The position numbers and the translations under genes were made by a program. From an uncultured Christensenellaceae bacterium (GTDB lineage: Bacteria; Bacillota; Clostridia; Christensenellales; CAG-314): a DNA stretch of 64,000 bases. Position 1 is the first letter of the stretch; each line of letters starts with the position of its first letter. The notes under the pieces were generated by a model. That model was not told where the DNA came from, did not search any database, and saw nothing but the letters and a program-made list of their open reading frames with translations. The DNA lies in the NCBI GenBank assembly GCA_910585195.1, contig CAJUCX010000001.1:233609-297608 (forward strand). The letters are read 5' to 3'. Shown here one piece after another: positions 30,213 through 39,587 of this stretch.

Positions 30213-30380
30213 CTATTTTTTATCTCTGTCTATAACAAGTATGGCAACGATTGCAACGATAAGCACTATCGTGTCGGCAATGACAAGCGGCTGCGGAAAT
30301 TGCCAAAAGAAACTTACCACCATAAACACAGCGCACACTATAACTATTGCAAGCAATATAGAAGAAATCGTCTTTTTCAT
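30213..30380 (-). CDS. Small two-TM membrane protein (55 aa), too short to be listed in the ORF track
   Basis: My translation is MKKTISSILLAIVIVCAVFMVVSFFWQFPQPLVIADTIVLIVAIVAILVIDRDKK, ending at TAG 30215-30213. It has a purine-rich upstream region, lies downstream of recR and is followed by the terminator at 30161-30180. Confidence 0.45.
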   Translation of the reverse strand: MKKTISSILLAIVIVCAVFMVVSFFWQFPQPLVIADTIVLIVAIVAILVIDRDKK

Positions 30381-30496
30381 TTTTTCCCTTTTTTCCGCCG
30401 TATTTAACAGCCGTTTGCAAACGCAACTTGCACTTGCCTATATTTGGCGGTTGACTTAATTTCGTTTTTTCCCGCTCTTTATCAAAACGGGAAAAA

Positions 30497-31090
30497 TTAC
30501 AGTTCCTTTCTGTCTTCCAAAGCGCGACCCAAAGTAACTTCGTCGGCGTACTCCAAATCGCTGCCGATTGAAATACCCTGCGCAATGCGCGTAACCTTTA
30601 CTCCCAACGGTTTCAACAACTTTGCTATATACATTGCCGTTGCTTCGCCTTCCACGTCGGGATTGGTTGCAACGATAACTTCCTTTACCTCGTCTTGAGA
30701 AACGCGCTGCACCAACTCTTTAATGCGTATATCGTTTGGTCCCACGCCTTCCATCGGGTTTAATACACCGTGCAAAACGTGATATACCCCTTTGTAATCT
30801 CTTACGCGCTCTATAGACAAAACGTCCTTTGCGTCTTTAACCACGCAAATAATACTCCTGTCGCGCGTTTTGCAAATTTCGCAAGGGTCTTGGTCGGTAA
30901 AATTTCCGCATACGCTGCAATACTTTACCTGCCGTTTTACGTCAAGCAGTCTTTGCGCAAAGTCCTGCACGTCGGAGTCTGACATGTTGACGACTTTTAA
31001 GGCATAACGCTGTGCGGTTTTTTGTCCGACGCCCGGCAATTTTTGAAACGCCCCTATAAGCCGTGCGATAGGTTCTATATGACTGCGCAT
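30497..31090 (-). CDS. recR: Recombination protein RecR
   Basis: 197 aa with a zinc finger ([16 protein letters not shown]) and a Toprim domain. Confidence 0.95.
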   Translation of the reverse strand: MRSHIEPIARLIGAFQKLPGVGQKTAQRYALKVVNMSDSDVQDFAQRLLDVKRQVKYCSVCGNFTDQDPCEICKTRDRSIICVVKDAKDVLSIERVRDYKGVYHVLHGVLNPMEGVGPNDIRIKELVQRVSQDEVKEVIVATNPDVEGEATAMYIAKLLKPLGVKVTRIAQGISIGSDLEYADEVTLGRALEDRKEL

Positions 31091-31431
31091 TAAAACATAC
31101 CGCCCATTCCGCCGGCGAGAGGTCCCATTTTTTCTTTGGTTTCTTCATCCGCTTGCGAACTTGCGTCGTTAAATGCGGCAACAATCAAGTCTTCCAACAT
31201 TTCCAAATCGTCAAGGTCGACTGCTTCCGGCTTAATGCTGACCGCAGTTATTTCTTTTTTGCAGGTCATAGTAACTTCCACAAGTCCGTTGCCTGCGCTG
31301 CCGGTAACTTCCGTCTCGGCAAGTTCTTCCTGCGCCTTTTGCATTTGCTGCTGCATTTGCTGCGCTTGTTTGATAAGGTTTTGCATATTGCCCATTCCGC
31401 CGCCGAAATTGCCGCCACCGAATTTTGCCAT
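31090..31431 (-). CDS. ybaB: Nucleoid-associated protein YbaB/EbfC
   Basis: 113 aa (..[22 protein letters not shown]..) in the canonical dnaX-ybaB-recR order. Confidence 0.9.
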   Translation of the reverse strand: MAKFGGGNFGGGMGNMQNLIKQAQQMQQQMQKAQEELAETEVTGSAGNGLVEVTMTCKKEITAVSIKPEAVDLDDLEMLEDLIVAAFNDASSQADEETKEKMGPLAGGMGGMF

Positions 31432-31471
31432 AATAATCTTCTCCTTTAATTTCGTGATTTACGCTTTTATG

Positions 31472-32989
31472 TTATCGTATTTGCAGTTTGTCGTTTCCTA
31501 TAATATGTTGCAACTGTTTTATATCGTCGTCAACCGATGTAACTTTTTCCGCAGTTTTTGCAAGTTTGAGCCGCAGGTTGCCTTCTTCGTCGATAATTTT
31601 GCTTAAAGTTTTTAAGTGTTCCGTCTGGCTTAACAGAGAATATTGCGTTTCGTTTACTTCCAACACAAAGTCAACGCCGTCGACGTACATCTTATCTATT
31701 TCCGCACAGGCTGCCGACAAAATCATACTGTCGGCATTACGCACTTTTTTAAGCGCTCTTGCCCAAATCATTCTGCCTTGCGCAAAGTCTTTAACTTCAT
31801 TCAATTTGTTTTTTTTTTGATTGTCTTCCGTCGGTCTTGCCGCTACACCGTTTTTTTCAAGATATGCAATGCGTTTTTCCAACTGAATTATTTTTTCTTC
31901 GCTGTCGTCGTTTGCCGTCTTTAAGCACACGACCTCGAAACTTACGCGCGGGTCTATTGCATAACGCAACTCGGCCTCAACTTTATTGAAGTTGTCCAAA
32001 GCGGCGAGCAGTCTTTTGCTGTCGTATTTATCAGACTGTGCTTTAAGTCTGTCATATATATCTTGCGGCAAATTTAATATCTTTTGCGGTTCTTTACAGC
32101 GTTGGCATATAAGCAAATCTCTTATATGCACCGCCACGTCTTTTGCAAGCACCGACATACTTTTGCCCGATTTGGAAATTTCGTCCACAAGCTGCAATAC
32201 GCCTGCGACGTCTCCGTCGAATATGCTATCCGCCAATGCAAAAATTTTGTTTTTGTCCGTAGCACCCAAAATTTGCAAAACGTCGTTGTACTCCAACGTG
32301 CCTTCCGCAAAAGCGACGCAACGGTCAAGTACCGACAGCGCGTCTCTGACGCTGCCTTCTCCCGCAACGGCAACGGCGTTTACCGCTTCTTTGGTGTACT
32401 TTATTTTAAGTTCGTCAAGTATTGAACTCATCAATTTGTTTAAGTCGTCTACGCTTACCAATTTGAAATCGAAACGCAAACATCTGGAAAGTATCGTTGC
32501 CGGCACCTTTTGCACTTCCGTAGTGCAAAGTATAAACACAACGTGCGCAGGAGGTTCTTCCAAAGTTTTAAGCAAAGCGTTGTATGCGCTTTCCGTAAGC
32601 ATATGAACTTCGTCTATGATATAAACTTTGTATTTGCCCATAGACGGCAGATAGCCGACTTTTTCGCGCAGTTCTCTGATTTCGTCAACCTTGTTGTTGC
32701 TGGCGCCGTCGATTTCCACAATGTCCATATTGTTGGCTTTTAACAGCTCTTTGCACACGGCGCACTCGTTGCAAGGATTGCCGTCTTTTGGGTTAAGGCA
32801 GTTTATCGCGCGCGCAAAAATCCTCGCGGCGCTTGTCTTGCCCGTGCCGCGAGTGCCGGTAAACAAATATGCGTGGCTTACCTTATCGTTTTTTATCTGG
32901 TTGGTAAGCGTGCGCACAATATGCTGCTGCCCGATAAGTTTGTCAAACGTCGCCGGACGGTATTTTCTGTAAATTGCCAAATATGCCAT
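31472..32989 (-). CDS. dnaX: DNA polymerase III subunit gamma/tau
   Basis: 505 aa with an AAA+ clamp-loader N-terminus (GTRGTGKTS, zinc module CNECAVC, DEVHML, SRC). Confidence 0.95.
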   Translation of the reverse strand: MAYLAIYRKYRPATFDKLIGQQHIVRTLTNQIKNDKVSHAYLFTGTRGTGKTSAARIFARAINCLNPKDGNPCNECAVCKELLKANNMDIVEIDGASNNKVDEIRELREKVGYLPSMGKYKVYIIDEVHMLTESAYNALLKTLEEPPAHVVFILCTTEVQKVPATILSRCLRFDFKLVSVDDLNKLMSSILDELKIKYTKEAVNAVAVAGEGSVRDALSVLDRCVAFAEGTLEYNDVLQILGATDKNKIFALADSIFDGDVAGVLQLVDEISKSGKSMSVLAKDVAVHIRDLLICQRCKEPQKILNLPQDIYDRLKAQSDKYDSKRLLAALDNFNKVEAELRYAIDPRVSFEVVCLKTANDDSEEKIIQLEKRIAYLEKNGVAARPTEDNQKKNKLNEVKDFAQGRMIWARALKKVRNADSMILSAACAEIDKMYVDGVDFVLEVNETQYSLLSQTEHLKTLSKIIDEEGNLRLKLAKTAEKVTSVDDDIKQLQHIIGNDKLQIR

Positions 32990-32994
32990 TTATT

Positions 32995-33546
32995 TTACCC
33001 CTGTAAAAAACCTGCCAATTTTGTCCTTGCCCTTTGCAAAGCGTTGTCCACCGCTTTTGCGGTAACGCCGTTTTGCTCTGCAATTTCACTGTAACTGAAT
33101 CCTTCTATATACGACAGCACCGCCTTTTTTTCGAAAGCAGAAAGCTGCTCGTCAATGGCTTTTAGTAACAAGCCGTTTTCTTCGCGGTCTAAAACAATGC
33201 TCTCGGGAGAAATGTTTGCAAGATAATTTTGAGCAATGCCGTCAAGCGACACGGTATAGTTTAAGGTTTTGTTTTTGTCGCTGTTGTTTTTTTTGATGCA
33301 ATTTATAATTTCTCTGTTGACGCACATCAAGGCAAAAGCGTTAAAGTCGTCGGACTTGTTTTTGTCAAAAGATTTTATTGCCTTAAACAAGCCAATCATC
33401 CCCTCCTGCACGAGGTCGTCAAGGTCGCCGCCTATCAAAAAATAACCTCTTGCGATTGCTTTGACTTTTGTCTTAAAATTTTTGAATATTTCGTCCACTG
33501 CGTTTTCATCACCGTTTTGCGCAGAAAAAATAAGACTGTTTTCCAT
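32995..33546 (-). CDS. sigH: Sporulation-initiation sigma factor SigH
   Basis: 183 aa. ARGYFLIGGDLDDLVQEGMIGLFKAIKSFD and the C-terminal DNALQRARTKL closely parallel B. subtilis SigH. Lies next to rlmB, as in Bacillus. Confidence 0.85.
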   Translation of the reverse strand: MENSLIFSAQNGDENAVDEIFKNFKTKVKAIARGYFLIGGDLDDLVQEGMIGLFKAIKSFDKNKSDDFNAFALMCVNREIINCIKKNNSDKNKTLNYTVSLDGIAQNYLANISPESIVLDREENGLLLKAIDEQLSAFEKKAVLSYIEGFSYSEIAEQNGVTAKAVDNALQRARTKLAGFLQG

Positions 33547-33551
33547 CGAAG

Positions 33552-34265
33552 TTAATTCAACCTTTGCCGCAACGCTTCATAAACGACTATTCCGCATGCG
33601 ACGGAAGCGTTAAGCGAATTGACCTGCCCAAAAATAGGCAAGGCAATCGTCTTGTCGCAAAGTTGTTTGGTCAGTTTTTTGACGCCCGACCCTTCGCCGC
33701 CTATTACCAATGCGATTTTGCCTTTAAGGTCCGTTTTGTAAATATCTTCGCCGTTCATATCCGCGGCATAAACCCAAACGCCGTTTTGCTGCAACTCTTC
33801 TATTGCGGAGTTGATATTTGTTACTCTTGCTATTTTGACGTGTTCCGCCGCGCCTGCGGAAACTTTAACCACCGTTTCGTTTACCGATGCGGAGCGGTGC
33901 TTAGGTATAACTATGCCGTGCACGCCCGCGCACTCGCAAACCCTTATGATACTGCCCAGATTGTGCGGGTCTTCCACACCGTCAAGCACGACTACAAAAG
34001 CTTCCTGATTTTTTTCTTTGGCATAATCTAAAATATCGGATACGTCGCAGTATTCGAATTCGCTCGTCTTTGCGATAAACCCCTGATGTCTTTTGGTAAC
34101 GCTGTTTCTGTCCATTACCGCTTTGTCAAGAAACTGCAACTTAACGCCCTTTTCTCTCGCAATGGCAATTATAGGGTGATTTTGCCCCTTTTCTACCATT
34201 ATTATATCTATTGTTGCGTTGCTCTTCAACGCTTCCATTACAGCATTTTTGCCTTCTACGTTCAT
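33552..34265 (-). CDS. rlmB: 23S rRNA (guanosine-2'-O)-methyltransferase RlmB (SpoU/TrmH family)
   Basis: 237 aa with SpoU motifs (LDGVEDPHNLGSIIR, ALVIGGEGSG, SLNASVA). Confidence 0.9.
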   Translation of the reverse strand: MNVEGKNAVMEALKSNATIDIIMVEKGQNHPIIAIAREKGVKLQFLDKAVMDRNSVTKRHQGFIAKTSEFEYCDVSDILDYAKEKNQEAFVVVLDGVEDPHNLGSIIRVCECAGVHGIVIPKHRSASVNETVVKVSAGAAEHVKIARVTNINSAIEELQQNGVWVYAADMNGEDIYKTDLKGKIALVIGGEGSGVKKLTKQLCDKTIALPIFGQVNSLNASVACGIVVYEALRQRLN

Positions 34266-34990
34266 TTATTCAACCCGTTTCTTATTTGTTTGACTTCCGC
34301 CTGTCTGCCGCAACTCTTTACGCCTTCGGTGCAACCGCCGCAGTAACAATTAGGACCTGCGCTTGCAAAGAGATTCGGTGCGACTTGCGACACCAGTTTA
34401 AGCATTTGCCAAGCCACTTCTCTTATCTCCCACTGCGCACGGAAGCAGCAACGCAAACTGAAAAAGTGAAACAACTCTCTCGCATTCATAGTAACAACCA
34501 TTTTGGTTTCGCTTGCGTTTGGCAAAACAAAGCGCGCGTCCTCGTTTATCTTCTCGCCCTTGCCGCCGAGTTTTTCCTGCCAATCCGCATACCACTGCTG
34601 CATTTGCGCCATCTGCGCCTCATATTCTTTAACGGCGTCTTCGCCCAAACTTTCTATAGCCGGCGGAATAATATAATTAAAGTTTTCTTTGGCGGAGACG
34701 TATCTTTGGCTCTTTACAGAAAAACTTGCAATGCGGTGTCTGGTAATCTGCGCCAACAATGCACGCGACACGCCCTCTATGCCGAAAGTGAAACTTGCGT
34801 GCTCGATAGGCGATTGATGTCCCATACCCATAAGTTTGCTTAAAAACTTTGCCGCCGCTTCTTCCGTTACGCCGTCGGCAAGTTTTTCTATCGTGGCGTC
34901 GGAATAGCAAAGTTTTGCAGCCAAAGCAACAGTCTGCTCGGGATTGCCGGTATATTGCAATAATTTTACGTTTGGTTTTACTCTTGGCAT
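34262..34990 (-). CDS. thyX: FAD-dependent thymidylate synthase ThyX
   Basis: 242 aa with the ThyX signature RHRIASFSVKSQRY. Confidence 0.92.
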   Translation of the reverse strand: MPRVKPNVKLLQYTGNPEQTVALAAKLCYSDATIEKLADGVTEEAAAKFLSKLMGMGHQSPIEHASFTFGIEGVSRALLAQITRHRIASFSVKSQRYVSAKENFNYIIPPAIESLGEDAVKEYEAQMAQMQQWYADWQEKLGGKGEKINEDARFVLPNASETKMVVTMNARELFHFFSLRCCFRAQWEIREVAWQMLKLVSQVAPNLFASAGPNCYCGGCTEGVKSCGRQAEVKQIRNGLNK

Positions 34991-35364
34991 AAACGCTCCC
35001 TCTCGTTAAGTAAAAATTTAAGTCGGCTGTCTTGACCGGTAAGATACAAAAAGCCGATTAACGCTTCAAACGCGGTGGCTTTTTTGTAATCGTCAATGGT
35101 GGCGTGTTTTGCGACGGAATGCACTTTGCTGTTTTTCGCCCGACGGAAAACCCCTGCTTCTTCTTCGGTAAGCAAACCCACAAGCGCGTCCGCGCTTTTT
35201 GCCTGCCCCGACGCTTTAACTATCTTTGTCGCTTCACCGTGCAGAACGCCGTTTTTTGCGTCGCTGTGCTGAATAACTTTTTCACGCGCATAAAGAGTGT
35301 AAACCGCATCGCCGACAAACGCCAACGACAACGAACTCAACATTTTTGCCTGCTCCACAGTCAT
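34978..35364 (-). CDS. mrnC: Mini-ribonuclease III
   Basis: LSLAFVGDAVY motif near the N-terminus, as in B. subtilis MrnC. The start is placed at MTVEQ (35364), though the track start at 35433 is possible. 13-nt overlap with thyX. Confidence 0.8.
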   Translation of the reverse strand: MTVEQAKMLSSLSLAFVGDAVYTLYAREKVIQHSDAKNGVLHGEATKIVKASGQAKSADALVGLLTEEEAGVFRRAKNSKVHSVAKHATIDDYKKATAFEALIGFLYLTGQDSRLKFLLNERERLCQE

Positions 35365-35504
35365 ATCGCAAAAAAACTTCAACCGCCACCTCTTAAACTT
35401 TTTATAAGTATAACAAGTATAACACAAACCCAAAACTCTTTCAACCTAATTTGATTGTTGCTTTTTTGTTTCTTGTATGCAATACAAAAGTTTATAAATG
35501 ACAA

Positions 35505-35532
35505 AAAAATAAAAAGGGCAAGCGCCCTTTTT
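35505..35532 (-). terminator. Intrinsic terminator after cwlD
   Basis: AAAAAGGGC-AAGC-GCCCTTTTT hairpin; on the minus strand it is followed by a long U-run. Confidence 0.6.
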
Positions 35533-35600
35533 AACGTAAAAATATTTACACTGTTCATAACTCTTCATTTCAAAAATATCTACATATTCAATGATGCCGT

Positions 35601-36497
35601 TTAAGAAATTCTGTTTGCGCCGCTCATTCCCGAGCCGGAAATGTAAAGCAACGCGCCTTGAAAGATTTTTTCCGCCAACTGCCGTTGATAGTCTTTGTCG
35701 ATAAGTTTGCGCTCGTCTTCCGCATTGGATAAAAATCCGCACTCTACAATTATGCTTGGGCTCTCGGTGCATTTAAGCATAAAATAGTCCCCTGCAAGCG
35801 CGCTGTGCTTGTTGCCTGTAAAGTCGTTTAGCACCGCCTGCATTTTTTGAGCAAACAACTTGCCTGCCTCGCTTGACTCTTCAAAAAATACCTGCGGACC
35901 GCTTCTTGACGGAGAAGAAAATTTATTCATATGGACGGAAATAACCATATTGGCTTTGGCTTGCAAAATAATTTCCTTTCGCTTTTGCATATCCCTGCGC
36001 TTAAAGCCGTCGGTCGCGTCGCCGTAAAGTCCGTTGTCGTCGGTTCTTGTCAGCACCACGGGGAAGCCTGCCATTGTAAACAACTCTTTAAGAATGTACG
36101 TCATTTGCAAATTCAGCGTGCTTTCTTTAACCTTTGTGTTTACTCCGACAACTCCGCCGTCTATGCCGCCGTGCCCTGCGTCAAGCACCACCACGAAGTT
36201 GTAACTTGCCTGAGTGTCCGCCTTATTATAATTTGCAAACATAAGCAAAAACACCGACGCGCAAACAAGCATAATACACAAACAGCCACCTGCCTTGACA
36301 AAGAAACTTGCTTTATCCTGTTTTGAATATTTTGCAAACCGTTTCTCTTCTTTGCCGAAACTTTTGCCGTCACCGTTTGACGCATTGCAACCGTTTTTAT
36401 TTTTTTTGTTTGCAGCAGCAAAATCGCTAAACTTCTTGTGAAAAAAGTTTTTAAGATTTCCGCCAAAACTGCCGTTTTTCCTGTTTTTTCGCATCAT
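35601..36497 (-). CDS. cwlD: N-acetylmuramoyl-L-alanine amidase (Amidase_3), CwlD-like
   Basis: VVLDAGHGGIDGG, ISVHMN and ECGFLSN blocks parallel B. subtilis CwlD. Lys-rich N-terminus followed by a TM anchor. Confidence 0.65.
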   Translation of the reverse strand: MMRKNRKNGSFGGNLKNFFHKKFSDFAAANKKNKNGCNASNGDGKSFGKEEKRFAKYSKQDKASFFVKAGGCLCIMLVCASVFLLMFANYNKADTQASYNFVVVLDAGHGGIDGGVVGVNTKVKESTLNLQMTYILKELFTMAGFPVVLTRTDDNGLYGDATDGFKRRDMQKRKEIILQAKANMVISVHMNKFSSPSRSGPQVFFEESSEAGKLFAQKMQAVLNDFTGNKHSALAGDYFMLKCTESPSIIVECGFLSNAEDERKLIDKDYQRQLAEKIFQGALLYISGSGMSGANRIS

Positions 36498-36525
36498 TTT
36501 TTATAAAATACAAAAAGTAATCCAC

Positions 36526-36569
36526 TTATCCACAAAGTTATCCACATAAACATATGTTCGTGTGGACAA
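36526..36569. promoter_or_regulatory. Cluster of DnaA boxes
   Basis: Perfect TTATCCACA at 36526-36534 and at 36538-36546. TGTGGACAA at 36561-36569 is TTGTCCACA on the other strand (one mismatch). Confidence 0.6.
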
Positions 36570-36699
36570 GTTGTTTCACGCTTTTTGTGAAATAAAATTA
36601 CTGCTTGTCTACAAATTTTATGAAAGTTTTTTTTGCAATATACCTCAAAATCTAAAATGTCTATTGACAAATTTGACGCTTTGAATTAAATTTATCTCG

Positions 36700-37227
36700 A
36701 TGAATAACAACACCAAAGAATTGATAAAAGCAGGACTTCTTGCGGCAATAACCGCAGTGCTTGCACAGATAGTTTTGCCGATAGGTCCGATACCCTTCAA
36801 CCTTGCGGTAATGGGCGCATTTTTGGCAGGTATGCTGCTGACTCCTCGGTGGGCGTGCTTTTCTATGTTTGCCTATATGCTTTTGGGTATAATAGGCGTG
36901 CCTGTCTTTGCAGGCTTTAAGGGCGGCGCGGGTGTATTGTTCGGCAACACAGGCGGCTATATATTCGGCTACATTGCCATTGCATTGCTTACTTCCTTAG
37001 GCAGAAATAAAAAATGGTATTTTGCGTCATTGCTTATGGCGGCGGGCGTGTTGATATGCTATACTTTGGGTACGGTGTGGTTTATGATACTTACCAAAAA
37101 CAATCTTGCGGTAAGTCTTGCCTACTGCGTAACGCCGTTTATAATTCCCGACGTTGCAAAAGGCATTTGCGCATATGCAATCGGCAAAGCGTTAAATACA
37201 CGGCTTAAATTTTCTTCCGCAGGTTGA
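36700..37227 (+). CDS. bioY: Biotin ECF-transporter S component BioY
   Basis: 175 aa polytopic protein with a BioY-like pattern (..PIPFNLAVMGAFLAG..GGYIFGY..). Confidence 0.8.
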   Translation: MNNNTKELIKAGLLAAITAVLAQIVLPIGPIPFNLAVMGAFLAGMLLTPRWACFSMFAYMLLGIIGVPVFAGFKGGAGVLFGNTGGYIFGYIAIALLTSLGRNKKWYFASLLMAAGVLICYTLGTVWFMILTKNNLAVSLAYCVTPFIIPDVAKGICAYAIGKALNTRLKFSSAG

Positions 37228-37264
37228 CGCTTGAAAATTTATAAAATAATAATTTCGTAAAAAT

Positions 37265-37291
37265 AAAAGGCAGTGAAAACTGCCTTTTTTG
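37265..37291 (+). terminator. Intrinsic terminator after bioY
   Basis: GGCAG-TGAAAA-CTGCC hairpin followed by T6, with an A-run on the other side. Confidence 0.65.
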
Positions 37292-37367
37292 TTCTTTATA
37301 AATTATTTTATTTTTTGCTTAAACCTTTTACTTATATTTTATAATAGGTAAATCTAACGACTTCTAT

Positions 37368-38375
37368 TTATTTTGTTTTCAGCGAAAGCGTCGGGCAAGC
37401 GTTCAGTCTAAAATCCGCAAGGTCTTTGCCTGCCTGACTTAAAAAATAACCTTGCGACGCAATCATAGCCGCATTGTCGCCGCAGTATTTTAATTGCGGC
37501 AAATAAAGTTGTATGCCATATTTTTCGCACTGCTTTTGGGCATACTCGCGCAAATAGCTGTTTGCGCCTACCCCGCCTGCCACGCAAAGTTTTTTGTGAG
37601 ATTTTGCAATATTTACCGCTTCGTCTACAACGCCGCATACTGCGGCAACGGTAAAACTTTTTGCGACGTCGCATTTGTTGGCAGCTTCGCCCTTTTGGTC
37701 GAGATTGTGCAAATAATTTATAACCCCTGTTTTAAGTCCGCTGTAACTAAAATTCCCGTCTTTCATAACAACCGACTTAAACTCTATATTTTCTTTTCCG
37801 CTTTGCGCAAGTTTATCTATCTGCACACCGCCGGGGTAACATAAACCCAGAGTCCTTGCCACTTTGTCAAATGCTTCTCCGCAGGCGTCGTCTATTGTAG
37901 TTTTAAGCACGGTATAGTCGGTATAACTTTCCACGTCGACGATTGCGGTATGTCCGCCGCTTGCCAAAAGACACGTAAAAGGCGGCCGCAAATCTTTGTG
38001 CGTAATGTAGTTTGCGCAGATATGCCCCTCTATATGGTTTACTTTAATAAGCGGTATATCGTTGGCTTGACAAAATGCCTTTGCAAAAGATACTCCCACA
38101 AGCAACGCGCCCACGAGCCCTGCGCCGTAAGTTACGGCGACAAAATCCAAATCTTTTGCGGTTACGTTTGCCTGTTGCAATGCCTCCGCAACAACTTTGT
38201 CTATATTGTGCACGTGGTTTCTGCTTGCAATTTCAGGCACTACGCCGCCGTATTGTTTATGTATTTCTATTTGGGAGTTGACGACGGACGACAAAACTTC
38301 ACGGCCGTTTTTTACCACCGCCGCAGCGGTTTCGTCGCAAGACGACTCTATACCCAAAATTACGATATCTTTCAT
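37368..38375 (-). CDS. tsaD: tRNA N6-adenosine threonylcarbamoyltransferase TsaD
   Basis: 335 aa (ILGIESSCDETAAAVV.., HIEGHI). The start shares one nt with the prfB stop (TAATG). Confidence 0.93.
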   Translation of the reverse strand: MKDIVILGIESSCDETAAAVVKNGREVLSSVVNSQIEIHKQYGGVVPEIASRNHVHNIDKVVAEALQQANVTAKDLDFVAVTYGAGLVGALLVGVSFAKAFCQANDIPLIKVNHIEGHICANYITHKDLRPPFTCLLASGGHTAIVDVESYTDYTVLKTTIDDACGEAFDKVARTLGLCYPGGVQIDKLAQSGKENIEFKSVVMKDGNFSYSGLKTGVINYLHNLDQKGEAANKCDVAKSFTVAAVCGVVDEAVNIAKSHKKLCVAGGVGANSYLREYAQKQCEKYGIQLYLPQLKYCGDNAAMIASQGYFLSQAGKDLADFRLNACPTLSLKTK

Positions 38376-39469
38376 TACAACGCCTTTTGCAAATAGTCTT
38401 CTATAAACGGCTGAATATTTCCGTCCATAACCTCCGTTATGTTGGAGTTTTCAAAACCCGTTCTGTGGTCTTTTACTAGGGTATACGGACAAAAGACGTA
38501 CGAGCGTATCTGACTGCCCCACTCTATCTTTTTAATTTCGCCTTTAATGGACATTGCCTCTTCCATCTGCTCGCGCTCTTTAAGCTCGATAAGTTTGCTT
38601 TTTAACATCTTCATTGCCTGCTCGCGGTTTTGTATCTGACTGCGTTCGTTTTGACAAGCAACGATAATACCCGTAGGCAAATGCGTAATGCGGATTGCGC
38701 TTTCCGTCTTGTTGACGTGCTGACCGCCTGCACCGCTGCTGCGGTAAGTGTCGACTTTCAAGTCTTTTTCTTCTATAACTATGTCTATATCGTTGTCGAT
38801 TTCCGGCATAACTTCCAAAGAGGCAAAGGAAGTGTGCCGTCTTTTATTTGCATCGAAAGGAGAAATCCTTACCAACCTATGCACGCCTTTTTCCGCTTTA
38901 AGATAGCCGTATGCGTTAATGCCGTTTACCTGAAAGGTTACGCTTTTTATGCCGGCTTCATCGCCGGGCAGCATATCGAGTTCCGCAACTTTATAGCCCC
39001 TGCGCTCGCAGTAACGGGTATACATTCTGTAAAGCATACTAGCCCAGTCCTGCGCTTCCGTTCCGCCGGCGCCTGCGTGCAAAGTAAGTATAGCGTTGTT
39101 GCCGTCGTATTTACCGCGAAGCAAAGTGGAAATATACAACTCGCCAATCTGCTTTTTAAGACTTTCGCACTCGGTTGCCGTTTCTTCAAGCATTGCCTCG
39201 TCATCGTCGCACATATCCAAAAGTTCGTCGCAGTTGGACAAAGCAACGGACAGATTTTCCAACTCTTCCAACTTATATTCTATGTTTTTTGCGCGCTGTG
39301 CAACGCCCTGCGCTTTTTGCACGTCGTTCCAAAATCCGTCGGCGTGCATTTGCTCGTTAAGCCTTGACAGCTCTTTTTTTAATGCGTCAAGGTCAAGCGA
39401 CTCGCCTATGCCGTTAAGTTGCGCAATGAGCGCTTTTATATCTCTTTTAAGTTCGTCCTTTTGAATCAA
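38375..39469 (-). CDS. prfB: Peptide chain release factor 2 (single frame, TTG start)
   Basis: SPF and GGQ motifs (RISPFDANKRRHTSFA, SGAGGQHVNK). The start is moved to the TTG at 39469, preceded by an AAAGGAG RBS; the track extension to 39571 runs through the secA-prfB spacer. Confidence 0.93.
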   Translation of the reverse strand: MIQKDELKRDIKALIAQLNGIGESLDLDALKKELSRLNEQMHADGFWNDVQKAQGVAQRAKNIEYKLEELENLSVALSNCDELLDMCDDDEAMLEETATECESLKKQIGELYISTLLRGKYDGNNAILTLHAGAGGTEAQDWASMLYRMYTRYCERRGYKVAELDMLPGDEAGIKSVTFQVNGINAYGYLKAEKGVHRLVRISPFDANKRRHTSFASLEVMPEIDNDIDIVIEEKDLKVDTYRSSGAGGQHVNKTESAIRITHLPTGIIVACQNERSQIQNREQAMKMLKSKLIELKEREQMEEAMSIKGEIKKIEWGSQIRSYVFCPYTLVKDHRTGFENSNITEVMDGNIQPFIEDYLQKAL

Positions 39470-39587
39470 AATTTTTTCTCCTTTTACGGTAAAATTTAAC
39501 TGCAAATAACCGCTTAAACTCCGTCTGTCGACGGAGTTTTTAATTTTATAAAAATATTTAATTCCGCACACTGTGCGAAATTTTTTG

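Noticed and set aside
30220-30585. 121-aa minus-strand ORF and 72-aa plus-strand ORF (30241-30459) downstream of recR
   Set aside because: They overlap the recR 3' end and each other, and they lack RBSs. A different minus-strand frame gives a clean 55-aa two-TM protein, which is reported instead.
36498-36699. Replication origin (oriC) at the DnaA-box cluster
   Set aside because: No dnaA or dnaN is adjacent, there are only three strong boxes, no obvious AT-rich 13-mer/DUE array, and gene orientation does not switch here. It is treated as a non-origin DnaA-box cluster.
39470-39571. N-terminal extension of prfB in the ORF track, and a possible programmed +1 frameshift
   Set aside because: The extension is read through the AAAGGAG RBS and a spacer hairpin (39516-39539). 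The real start is the TTG at 39469. The N-terminal region is continuous in one frame and I found no CUU UGA frameshift site, so this RF2 appears to be of the non-frameshifted type, which is known in a minority of bacteria.
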